A stretch of 64,000 nt of DNA from the human T2T-CHM13v2.0 reference genome, Homo sapiens. Made by a program: the position numbers and the translations under genes. Below, one piece after another: positions 44,799-57,700 of the stretch (positions are counted from its first letter, which is position 1; each line of letters begins with the position of its first letter). The notes under the pieces were generated by a model. The model did no database searches and was not told the DNA's origin. It saw only the letters and a list, made by a program, of their open reading frames with translations. The stretch lies in NCBI RefSeq assembly GCF_009914755.1, contig NC_060937.1, one strand, 5' to 3'.

Positions 44799-45265
44799 CA
44801 TTTGTTAGGAGAATTGGCTCGTGATTATAGAGACTGAAAAGCCTCCAGACAAGCCATCTGCAAGCTGGAGATCCTGGCATGGAGTAGTGTGGCCCTGGAA
44901 GCCAATGGTGTAACTCTCAGACCAAGATCTAAGGAGTAAGAACTCGGCTATGGGAAGTGGGGTGCTAGTGTAATACCTAGAGTCCAAAAAGTGGAGTTCT
45001 GTTGTCCAAGAGCAGGGAATGAAGAGTAAGTTCCAGCCCTAAGAAGGAGAGAAACACATATTCCTTCCTCTATCTTATTCCATCTGGGCCATCAGCTGAT
45101 GAGACGGCACCTGCCCACGGTAAGGAGGGATCTTCCTCACTCAGTCCACTGACGCAGATGCCAAAGTCTTCTGGAAACATCCTCGCAGAAACACCAAAAA
45201 TGATGCTTTACCAGTTCTCTGGGTATTTCCATAATCCAGTCCATTTGACATCTAAAATTATCACA
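44670..45265 (-). mobile_element. MLT2 (ERVL) solo LTR
   Basis: tgtattagggttctccaga...gccatctgcaagctggaga...ttgacatctaaaattatcaca. Confidence 0.82.
44705..44798. repeat. Compound (GGAT)n/(GATA)n STR inside MLT2
   Basis: Read directly from the sequence. Confidence 0.95.
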
Positions 45266-46107
45266 GCATCTAAACCAGCCTCCTCTTTGAGCAAGTTCTC
45301 CACATGTTAATCTAGTAATGTGGATTTCCATTTCCAACAATACTTTTCTTCTTAGTATTGAACTCCTTGGAAACATATTAATTGGGCCATTGTGTTTTTT
45401 CATTTTGCTTTATAATAGCAATAGTCCTGGGCACAATTTATTCAAAACCCAGTGTCAGGACCTGTGAAAATAGTTGAACTAAAGTATTTCATTTATTACT
45501 CCCAAGAAGTCTATGGTGAACATGCCATTATCATCCCACTTTAAAGAAGATTTGGGGTCTTAACTTGGTTCTGTCATTGTTCACAGTACCACAGGTGAAT
45601 GGAGGAGCTAGGATTTGAATTCAAACCCCTATAACTCCAGGGACTCTGGTCTAAACTAAAACACATACTGTCTGCCCCACTCTCTGAAGTGGCTATTTCA
45701 TATATGTTTTTATTCATTAAAACTATGATCCTCCTGTCCAAACCCTTAAATCTTGGCAGACATCCTTGCTGCCAAGATCAAAGAGAAAATAAAAGCCATA
45801 AAAAACAGACTCCCTTAATATCCCACCCTTAGGATCCAGCATTCAAACCCATCTGCTCTTATCTCTCCAATGAGGAAAACTCATTCCTCTATCAAACCTC
45901 TGGATCTCATCCTTTTCTGTGGTAGTGGAAACAAACTATTGATTCAAATTTTCTCTCTCCCTTGTATCCTTCTCATCAGTATTTAAATATGTTCTAGGCT
46001 CTGATATCTTAATAACAAGAATACTTTACCCTTCAGCTAACAATCTCTCTCTCTCTACTCTCCTCTCTTCCCTTAGAAGACAAACATTTAATGTTTTTTA
46101 TACTTGC

Positions 46108-46457
46108 TGTATTAGTCTGTTCTCACACTGCTAATAAAGACATACCTGAGACAAAGGAAAGAGGTTTAATTGACTCACATTTCCACATGGCTGAGAAGGC
46201 CTTACAATTATGGCAGAAGATGAAGGAAGAGCAAAGGGACTTATATGGCAGCAGTCAAGAGAGAGAGCCTGTGTAGAAAAATTCCCCCTTATAAAACCAT
46301 TAGATCTCATGAGACTTATTCACTATCACAAGAACAGCACAGGAAAGACCTGCCCCCATGATTCAGTTACCTCCCAGGGTCCCTCCCATGATACGTGGGA
46401 TTGTGGAAACTACAATTCAAGATGAGATATGGGTAGGGACACAGCCAAACCATATTA
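46108..46457 (-). mobile_element. THE1 (B-like) solo LTR
   Basis: THE1 termini and a perfect 5-bp TSD CTTGC (46103-46107, 46458-46462). Confidence 0.9.
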
Positions 46458-46641
46458 CTTGCTACCTCTATTTCATCATTTCTCAGTCAACCTACTTTCT
46501 TTTGTCTCATGCCTTATTTAACTAAATTCCTTTTCATTAGTCCATAATGTTACTTCTGAAACGAATGGCCTTTTTTAACTCTCATTTTTTTTTTTAACTT
46601 CTAAGTAGCATGAGGAAGGACTGTGTGGTTCCTGCCCTTAG

Positions 46642-47032
<391 letters not shown>

Positions 47033-47074
47033 AGTTTTTAAGAGTTCAAATGAAATTGTGAACTTGGAAATAGG

Positions 47075-49120
47075 AACTTTTTTTAAAATCAACTTTACAG
47101 AGGCATAACTGACACACTAAACTGTACATATTTAAAATGTATAATTGGATAAGTTTTTACATGTGAATATACCCTAAAAACATTACCACGGTAATGTTTA
47201 CCACAAACCTATTATTCTCTGAGGTTTTCTTATGCTCCTTTTAATCTCTCCTCTTTTCTTTATCTACCCCTTTCCCTCTCCTTCCTCTCCCCAGTTCTCA
47301 AATAAGTAATTTTTTTCATTGTGTATTAGTTTGCATTTACTGGAGTAAGGTATAAACAGGATGGCACAGTGTTTGCTCTATTTTGTTTGGATTCTTTTAC
47401 TCAGTATAATTATTTTTAGTCTCATCTTCGTTGAGTCGTATTCCACTGCATCACAGTTTCTTTATCCATCCATTCCTCTGTTGACGGGCATTAGAGTTGT
47501 TTCCAGGTTTCAGCTGCTGTAAGTAAAGATGTGATAATTTGTGTAGAAGTCTTATAATGAAGATATGCTTTTACTTCCATGGGTAAATACCTAGATCAAT
47601 TGAATAGATCTAATAGTAGTTGGATAGATCACCCTTTATTTAAGGAATCTGCTTCATTATTGTTTTTCAAAGTAATTTAACCATTTTGCATTCCTACAGA
47701 CAGGATATGAGTGTTCTAGTTTCTCCATATTCTCACCAACACTTGATATGGTCAGCATTTTTAGTTTTAGACTTTTAAAAAAGAGGGCAGTGCTATCTTG
47801 TTATGCTTTCATTTGCATTTTCCTAATGACTAATGATATTGAGCATCTTCTCATATGCATATTCTCTACCCATTTTTTTTCAGTGGTCTGCTAAAGCTTT
47901 TGCTCATTTTTATTTTTTTTCTCTTATTGAACATTGAGGTTTCTTTATACTTTCTGGATACAAATCTTATATTAGATATAACCTTTGTAAATCTTTTCTT
48001 GTGTACCATGGAGAATTGTCTTTTAATTTTCTTAATAATGATTTTTAAAGAGCAGAAGCTCTTTTTCATTTCTTTGTTATTTTTTGTTGTTGCGATTGTT
48101 TAATTTTTATGAAGTCCAGTTTATCACATTTATTCTTGCATGGATCATGTTTTGTTCTGTTGCATCTAATACATCTTTACTTAACGCTAATTGACACTGT
48201 TAGTCTCATATGTTTTCTTCCATGAGTTTTATAGTTAAAGATTTTACACCAACATCTATAATTCAACTTGAGTTAAATTTTAAATATGGATCAAAGATTA
48301 ACCGTTTTGTAATGAATACCCAGATGTTCCAACATCATTTGTTGAAAATATGATATTGCTATTCTCCCAACAAGTTTCCTTTGCCCCTTGGCCAAAATCA
48401 GTTGTCCATATATGTATAGGTCTATTTTTTTTTTACTTTCTATTTTATCCTATTGATTTGTCTATCTTAATGCTAATAACTGTCTTAAAAATATACTTAT
48501 TCCCAGTTTTGTTCTTTTAGAAAAGTGTTACAGCTGTAACAATTCTTTTGCGTTTACATAGGAATTTTAAATTCAGCTTGTCAATTTCCACAATGTAGCT
48601 TGCTGGGATAACAGGGAAGCTATAGATGAATTTGGGGACAACTGACATCTTAAGAATATTATCTTCCAACCCATTAAAAATGTATCTTTCTGCATTTATT
48701 TAGGTAATCATTAATTTTTCCTTAGTGTTTTCTATTTTTAACTGTGTGAAACTTTCACAAATTTTGTCAGATTTATCTGGAAATATTTTATATTTTTTGC
48801 TATTATAAGTACAATTTTTTAAAATTCAATTACATATTGTTCTTTGCTCTTGTATCAAGTGATTTTAATGTTATATATTAAATTTGAATTTTGAAACCTC
48901 ACTAAAATCATGCATTAGCTCTTATACCTTTTTGTATGTTTCATAGTTATTTATATAGTTTATGATATTGTCTACAGATAAAACCAGTTTATTTCCTCCT
49001 ATACAATTTGGATGCCTTTTATTTATTGCTGTCTTACTACTATGAATGCAAATTTCAATATCAAATTAAATAGAAATATTGAAAGCAGACAATATTGTCT
49101 TTTACCTGAACTTAGGTAAT
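47075..49120 (-). mobile_element. Old L1M (MB/MC/ME) fragment
   Basis: Antisense L1 3' end and ORF2 motifs (ttgcattttcctaatgactaatgatattgagcatc; ggggacaactgacatctt). Confidence 0.8.
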
Positions 49121-49760
49121 CTCAGGCAATTGTTGGGATCAATGTATTTGCTTATTTTTCTGTCCTTGGCTGCCTGATGTTTTTTGTCTCTAAAACCATC
49201 GTTTCAAATGTCCTGTCTGTTTCTTGACGGTTTGTTTTTTCTTATGGCAGGGTTAGTCTGGTCCTTTTTGTTCATATTAGTCTGAAATAGTCCACATTGT
49301 TCTTTAAAATGTTTAATGTTGATGTCAAGGTTTCTTCTCTTCTGACTAAACATTATCTGGTTGAGGAAAGTTATCTACTTGCATAGCTTTGATGATAATT
49401 TGAATAGAAATGACTCCCACACTTATCTCTCCAACTCAAATCTCTCATTTGAATTCCAAAGGCATTTTTAACCACCAAATCTACAGCTCCACATAAAAAT
49501 TTCACAGACAGATCAAACTTGGCATGTCAAAAAAATGAACCCATGCTCAACCCACCACTTACTTGATCCGTTGGATTTTGTGTCTCAACAAATGGCATCA
49601 TCATCTGGAAGAAACCTGGAAGTCAACCACGACTCTGCTTCCATCCCTAAACTCAGACTTAATCATGAAGTCCTGTTGAGTCTACCACCAAAAATATATT
49701 TTAAAACCTTTACATGGTTTCTTTCCACTAACCCTTATCTCACTTCCTTTCAATAATCCC

Positions 49761-50210
49761 CTGTTTGGGGTTAAACTATATCCCCAAGAAAGATATATTG
49801 CAGTCTTAATCTGCAATACCTATGAATATGACCTTATTTAGAAATAGGATATTTGCAGATGTAATCAGTTAAAATGAGGTCATTAGAGTGGCTCTATTCC
49901 ATTATGACTGGGGTCCTTGTTGGAAGAGGAGAAGAGGTACAGAGGCAGACATACACGGAGAAGAGAAGGTGAAGACATACAGGAAGAACACCGTGATGAT
50001 GGAGTGATATTCCAACAAGCAAGGAGCTCCATGGATTGCCAGCAACACTGGAAGCTAAGAGAAGGACATTGAACAGATTTTCCCCTAAAGTCTTTAGAGA
50101 GAGCATGTCCTGCTGAAACCTCCATCCCAAACTGGGACAGAATAGATTTCTGTTATTTTAAGCTACTCCATTCACAGTTCTCTGTTGTAGCAGCCTAGGA
50201 AACAAATCCA
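49761..50210 (+). mobile_element. MLT1B/C MaLR solo LTR
   Basis: gaatatgaccttatttagaaatagg...tttgcagatgtaat...gcagcctaggaaacaaat. Confidence 0.82.
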
Positions 50211-50766
50211 CTCCCATCCCCATCACCTTATTTTGACAAGAGCTACTTCAGCTCCTATGTGCCACCTGGTATCGTGCTTAGTCCCTTTATATGCTACTCC
50301 AGGCAGAAGTCAGAGTGATCTTGTAAAAAAGCAAATTGGAACATGTCATTGCCCTTCTTCAAACTTTTAGTGGCTCCTTATTATTTTAAGGATGCTGTCC
50401 AGGATCTAAAACATGATCTAAATGGACCTCAATAATCTGCTCTCCACCCTTTTCTTCATACGCGCTCACTCATTGGAGTGTTTTTTTCACTTCATCAAAG
50501 TATTCTAATCACCCTTGCTCTTTAGTTGTCCTACACCCTGCCCCTCTCCTTGGAATACTTTTTTCCCCAAACCCACCTGCTTCATTTGGTTAACATCTGT
50601 ATATTCTTCAGATGCCACTGCCTCAGAGAAACCTCTCCAGAATATCTGATAACAAAATTGTGTGTCTGTTTCTGGGTGGCTCTCTCACCCCGTTGACCTA
50701 TATAGTGTCATATGTGAACAACAGAGTGTGCTTATTTGCTTGATTTGTATCATGAATAAGACGTAG

Positions 50767-51146
<380 letters not shown>

Positions 51147-54127
51147 TCAGTATTGACTATTTTCGTACAGCTTCTATTTCTTCATTTTCTCCCCTCTCCA
51201 TTACAGGTCTACATTTCCAAACAATTCCATGGGTAACCTTAGTCATCCAAATCCTAAAACCTTAGATTATTGGATTACAGTGGTCAGGAATTAGGGTAAG
51301 AGGAGAATGGAGGAAAAGGAGAGAGAACAGAGAACCCGTGAAAGCCAGCAGAGGGTAGAGAATAACACAATTTTGCCAGCTGGTTTTGAAAATACCCGGA
51401 GTCTCACATATATGCAATTATTTAGCAATTATTTTGCACACGAACCAAATCAGTCAAATGGACTGGCTTCTGCTCCCCATTGACTCCTCATGGTGCACTC
51501 CTCTCCTTCCCCAGGCTTTTGCTGTTGTTCTGTACTAAGTCCATGTTCTTTTTTAAAAAAGTGATCTAAATCATATAATAATATTCTGATGATGGAGCAG
51601 GAAATGATGTGATTTATCCTGTATCTTTATAAGAGCATCTGAGTTCTGTGCTCTGTAAGAAACAGGACTGGCAAACACTTTTAACATTCCCTGTCTTTGG
51701 AATTTACATTTTAGAAATCATTTCCTCTCCCTGATACCTTTTCCCTTTGTTCCTACAAAATATACCTAAATGTGTTAAGGCAGAAACTCTAAAACTATTA
51801 CAGGAAAAAGAAAAAAAGAAAAAAAAAAAACGGTTTGCAAGAAAATAATCTAATGCTAGAGGGAATAGAGTAAATAATCATTATTTGAAGTGAAAACTAG
51901 AAAATTAATTAACCAATTTTGAAAATATACTACATACTATTTTAAAATAAAAGTTTTATACAAAATAGTGAATTCCAAATGCCTTCTTTTGTTTGGGCTA
52001 AACATAAAATATTTATAGAAAATTGATCATCAAAGTCCTGTTTCTATAATTGCCTGATATTTATTTCAACATTTCTGATACAGCAAATGGAGTGACCAAT
52101 GTCAACAGGCAACATTTAAAAAGCCATTTCTTTGAGATTTTGAATACTTTTGCCACCCCTGGGGACATGCTTTGAATCTGGCAGGAACATTAGCTGATCA
52201 TGCTACTTCAATGTGACAGCTTCAGATTTTTAACAGGGGAAAAAGGCAGAACTAATGGATGTGAATAAGCTTAAAAGCACGGGAACTTATCAATCACTGT
52301 AAACAGCTGTATTTTGGGAAGCTAACAGAGGTACTTCTAAAAATGTAAAAAGTCAATAGATATATTTCTGGCAACTAATAATTTCAATCTGGTCTTCTTC
52401 ATTTGTCTGTCCTCCAACCCCCAACCTGCCTGCCTTCTGTGTTTTTTAAGTGTAATATTCTTGTCAGCATTGATTAACATGAAAACATTCTCCTCACATG
52501 CACCATTGTACTTTCCAGAAGGAAATAACACAGTATCTAATTTTATGAAAAGATAACTCAAAAGATGAATGAAGCAAATCAAATTATTAACGTGATTATA
52601 ATCTTTTTCATCCCGTTCTGATTTTATAATAGAGGACATGTACACACAATGCTATTTGTAATTGGTACATTATTGGGTAATGACTGTAACTATTTATCTT
52701 TTTGTTCAACCTCAGGCACATAACATCTTACGTATATATTTCAAAGAGCTTAAAAACGCAATTATCTGTTTTGCTTTACAATTATTTCAAAATATTCCAC
52801 TACTGTATTCCTCCACAGAGGCCTCTAACCCATTATTTTCCAGAACAAATTCGCTTTTGAAGAGATTACTAGTGTGACAATGATTCAAGAAGCACAATAA
52901 AACCCTGCTTACTCCACTGGAAAAGTGAAAAACATATTTAATTTTATTCTCTAGCCTTCTAAAGGATTAGGTTAGGATCAGGCCAAGTCATTAGACCTTA
53001 GAATCCTATGAAGAAAATGTCCTCAATATGGAGTCCCCAAGGATACAATCTTGTTTCAAATACTCTGATGGTAATCTCTCAAACTGAGAAGATACTTTTC
53101 AATCAACATGGCTTGACTGTTTGGGGTGGAACTTGAAAGCCATCAAGATTAATTTCTTCCTATGCACAAGGCACTACATTATTTACTAAGGATAATGGGA
53201 CACACAACACAGTCATGCTCTGATGAATTAACGATTCACCAGGAGAGACAAACAGTGTGAACACACCTATTGCATTACAATGTGGTAGAGCCCGGATACT
53301 GTGGGTAGTACTTACAGGACGGTGTGATTAACTCTATTACTTAGTGTGTCCAGGAAATTTGTTGGTTGGAAGTAACATCTGAGCTGGCTTTTATAAATGC
53401 GTTATTTTCCTGATAGAGAGAGTAACATTTGCATGTAAGATGGATGTCAAGTTTAATATCAGGTTTAATAGCATGAGGTCTGAAGCCAGCTGCCTGAATT
53501 TGAATTCCTGCTCCAAAATTCTTTAGCTGTGTGACCCTGCAAAAGATACTTAACCCCAGTGTTTCAGTTTCCTCACCTGAAAAATTAGGTTTAATAATTA
53601 AATTTACTCATTTCAAAGCATTCTGTGTTCACATCAGGTTTGAATCAGGTCTGCTGGGCTTTTCTGTTAGATCATATTCCAGGAATTGTTTTGCAGAGAG
53701 AGTATATCTGTATTTTTAAATTATTTTTCCCCTCAAAGACAAGTCAAATGGCTTCTCCCAATAAGTAAAGTCATACAAACCCATTTTTTAAAACTTTCTC
53801 AGTAAGCTAGACTTGTTTAATGTAAGCCTGACAGGCATTGCAGATGAACGTCCTCAATTCTCAGGCAATTCCTACAATTCTTTATGCTTTTTCACAGTCT
53901 TTCTTTGAAATTATATCCAAATATGTAGTTGTGGCAGTTAGACCCTAAGTGACCCACATAATCTTGACTTCTTGGTGGTCACACATTTGTATAACCCCTT
54001 ACCCTTGAATGTGGGCAGGAGCTGGGACTTCTAACCAATGGAACATGGGAAAGGTGATGACACTTGACTCCGGTGATGAGGTTACCTTTCACAAGACCTG
54101 GCCAACTGAGACCGGATCTCCTTACAG

Positions 54128-54308
54128 GCTTGAAGAAGTAAGCAGCCATGTTGGAAAAGTCTTCATGGCAAGAAACTATGAGTTCCTTGCCTATGAGGCC
54201 TCTAAGGACCGCAGGCAGCCTCTAGAACGAATGTGGACCTGCAACTACAACCAGCAAAAAGACCAGTCATGCAACCACAAGGAAATAACTTCTACCAAAG
54301 CTGAATGA
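54128..54308 (+). CDS. DAOA: DAOA last coding exon, LEEVSSHVGKVFMARNYEFLAYEASKDRRQPLERMWTCNYNQQKDQSCNHKEITSTKAE*; exon continues as 3'UTR to 54419
   Basis: Acceptor tctccttacag|G. The four exons sum to 462 nt = 153 aa + TGA. The C-terminus is visible in ORF 54009..54308. Donor CGTG|GTAATA at 54420. Confidence 0.96.
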
Positions 54309-54427
54309 GTTTGGAAGCAGATTCTTCCCAGCCAATCCTTCTGATGACAATGTAGTCTGGCCAACATCTTCACTGGACTCTGACGGACTCTGTGTCTGGG
54401 ACCCAGCTGATAACACGTGGTAATATG

Positions 54428-54495
54428 TTTTATAAAATTATATTTTTATGAATATTTTTATGAAATATAATTTTTATGAATTATATTTTTATGAA
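54428..54495. repeat. AT-rich degenerate minisatellite, about 4 copies of aattatatttttatg
   Basis: Read directly; lies inside the LTR just after the donor. Confidence 0.8.
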
Positions 54496-55138
54496 GATTT
54501 GTTACACAATGATATAAACTAATACCATAGGTAATCAAAATCCTCTCCTCTTGTTTGGTAATATTTCATCACTAAATTATTATTGAAAGTTACACATACT
54601 GCTTTGTGAGCTGTCATAATCAGTAAAACAAACAACGGAAATTCAAAAGTCCTGTGAAGTTTTTTGAATAGTTAGTGAATTTATGTGGGAAAATATTCAA
54701 GTATATTAATTTATCCAAATAGTAATGATGTCTCCCTTTGCCATTGTTATGGATTTATGGATTTATGTATCTGATACATGTAACATTACATTTTCAATCA
54801 ATACTATTGATGGACCCTTCCCTACTTTTATAATTTCTAACTATAGTTTTAGGGAGAATACTAATAATGGAAGCATTACTTTTATTTTTTCTATAAATTC
54901 CTCTGGAAATATGTATTTCTTATGTCCTAAGGTTATTAACAAAAAGAGAAAATAATTTCTGATTTATAATTCACTTTCCTTCAAAAAATAATAACTCAGT
55001 GTCTAGTAAGGTAAAGCAAAAAAAGTTAAAAGAACCCATAAGTTTATTTTACAATACCTACTCAGAAGCAAAACTGACTTTCTATTAAAAATTAAAAAAA
55101 AAAGTTTTCTTATTATTGTTTTGTTTCCTTGTTTTTAG

Positions 55139-55260
55139 GTGATGGGATTGTATTTGCAACTCTCTGGTCAGTAAGTGATAAAATGCCATTTCTATGCACC
55201 CACCTGGCCTGTGTGACTGGGAGAATCTCTCTTTTTATTAAATGTGCTTCAAGTTTTAAC
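55139..55260 (+). other. DAOA: DAOA terminal non-coding exon (3'UTR)
   Basis: Strong acceptor ttgttttgtttccttgtttttag|GTGATG, and ATTAAA at 55237-55242. The 3' end is estimated. Confidence 0.8.
55237..55242 (+). terminator. DAOA polyadenylation signal ATTAAA
   Basis: Variant hexamer in the terminal exon, followed downstream by T/GT-rich sequence (cttttgttagtg). Confidence 0.7.
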
Positions 55261-57348
55261 AACTGACTTTTGTTAGTGATATGATTTATCTACCCGTGAC
55301 TGTCAAACAACACAGATGATTTGCATATCTCACCTCAGCCAAGATGCCTCATCTTGGGATGAATTTCAGTTAATTCTTCTAGAAAAAACAAATAGAAAGA
55401 AAGAATGAAATGTCGTGTAGATATGAAGTGAAGTCTTCTGCCTCAATGGAATTGTATCATTATAGATAGCTTACTTAGTACTGAGAATGTGATGCTATAA
55501 ATGAGGGCATTTATTTTTATTTGGATGTATCTGAGACTCAAGTTAAATAAGTTACTTGCATTTCATTTATCCTGATAGGAATAAATTCACATGCTGCTGG
55601 GCTCAAAATCAATGCGTTAGAGACCAGGGTCAAATGTTGAGTCTTTAGAAGTGACTTCCTGTGATCAAGTTCCACTTCTATCTCTTACTTTCTCATTGTG
55701 TAATCTTGGTCAACTGTCATAATCTCTCTCAGCTTTGTAGAGTCTAAGGTGGCGTTTAAATGGAACAAAGTATTCACAGTGCTTAACACAAAGCCCTCCA
55801 CATACAAACCCTCCGAACATATTCATTATCATTAGTTTACATAAGACTCTCTCCTATGTAATTTAAAGCAGATTCACTAGAATGCCTTTCTTCCTCATAT
55901 TTGTTATTTAAATAATTAACCAAGAAAATACACTTTACAAGTTTGGGCCATCAGGTTTTCATTTGGTTTGGTTTTGTTTTTGAGTTTTTGTTTGCTTGTT
56001 TTTTTCTGTTGTTGTTAAGCAGCTTAGACAAAGCAAGTATTCAATATGTAGGTATATTTTTAGGAAATCTTTAGGTTGATCTATGATTCCTTATAAGGTT
56101 TGAGTCAACAAATTCACCTTTAACTTACAATTATCCCCCATGAAAGGAAAATATGAAATATGGATACAAGAATAATGGGCTAAATGTCCAGGAATGAAAT
56201 GGAGTACTGAACTCCAGATTCTCTGTCAACGCTAGAGGAATCAGAGAGCAGTTTCATGAGCTTTAGAAGAAGAGACGTTCACATACCGTACTTGGTTATC
56301 TTTGCATGAGATTTTGCAGTAACAGAGTAAAATTCTGAGATGGTTCTTTATAATTCCTTAAGAAAATTTCTATTCATTCTCTTAGGAGTTTTTGTTTTCT
56401 GAAACTGGAACATTAATGGTCGATATTAGGTTTCTGAATAAACAATAATTTTATCAGAGATATAATTATATAAGAAAAATAAATTGGTAGTTTTTTTTGT
56501 GTGCATTAGCAATGGTGGAATCATAATATTGGACACATACATATATCAGTACTTGAGAGCTATTCAACTTTGCTTAAGTTTAAAATTTTTCTATGCTGTC
56601 AGAGTCTATCTACATAGCTGCATGCAATATGGATATGCATATGCATAGTTTGTACAGTAAGAATGTATATATTATACTCAGACATGTATATTATACTTAA
56701 ACATATGTACATATGTACTGGCATACAAGTATGTAAATCCATATAATCCAGAGATATAGAAAGAACATAACATACATACAGAGCCTTACTTATGTTGGAA
56801 GTTTTATTGGAACATAGATTAATTCACACACAAAAATAATGCTACCTTTTAGATAAAGCACAAAGTTGTCATTAAATCAAAATGTAATATATTATTTGTC
56901 ATATTAAATGATTGTAAAAAGAAGTCATCCCTCCTATAATAAATATAAGTTAAGCTAATAACAGAAATAATAAATGTGAGTTCAGCCTAATGTGGCAACT
57001 TCTGGATTTTTAGTGAACTTTAACTATTGACGGTGTGTAGTCTATTAGGGAACAAAATAATATCCTTAAAAACTTTAAATCTTGTGATACTGCTTCTTAA
57101 TTGCTTTTGTAAGTTTAAAACATTTGGGGAAAGGAACTATAACCGTATCTGTTCTTTTTATTTCCAAAGCTAATTTTATTAGCTAATATCTCTCCACTCT
57201 TAAAATTAAATAAAAATATACAGAATTAATTTATACTAAAACTTTTGCATTTAGACTGAACACATTTAGAATAAGAGGGTGTGAATCACTTTATAATTCT
57301 GTATGACTACTCAAAAAAAAAAAAAAAGACACCCAAAGTACAAGAATA

Positions 57349-57623
57349 GTCCGGGCACCATGGCTCATGCCTGTAATCTCAGCACTTTGGGAGGCCGAGG
57401 AGGCCGGTTCACTTGAGTTCCATAGTTCAAGACAAGCGTGGCCAACATGGTGAAACCCCGTCTCTACTAAAAATACAAAAAATTAGCCTGGTGTGGTGTC
57501 ACATGCCTGTAATCTGAGCTACTGGGGAGGATGAGGCAGAAGAATTGCTTGAACCCAGGAGGCGGATGTTTCAGTGAGCCAAGGTTGTGCCACTGTACTT
57601 CAGCCTGGGTGACAAAGCTAGAT

Positions 57624-57695
<72 letters not shown>
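57349..57695 (+). mobile_element. AluS whose tail is a (CT)n(AT)n microsatellite (57628-57693)
   Basis: Alu body runs straight into dinucleotide repeats. Confidence 0.9.

Positions 57696-57700
<5 letters not shown>

Larger units (their letters stand above)
53930..54526 (+). mobile_element. MLT1F/G-like MaLR solo LTR hosting the last DAOA coding exon in sense
   Basis: tgtgg start; cccttgaatgtgggcagga...ttctaaccaat...aaggtgatg...gcagccatgttgg...gaatgagtttggaagcagattcttccc...gatttgttacaca...aactaatac end. Confidence 0.8.
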
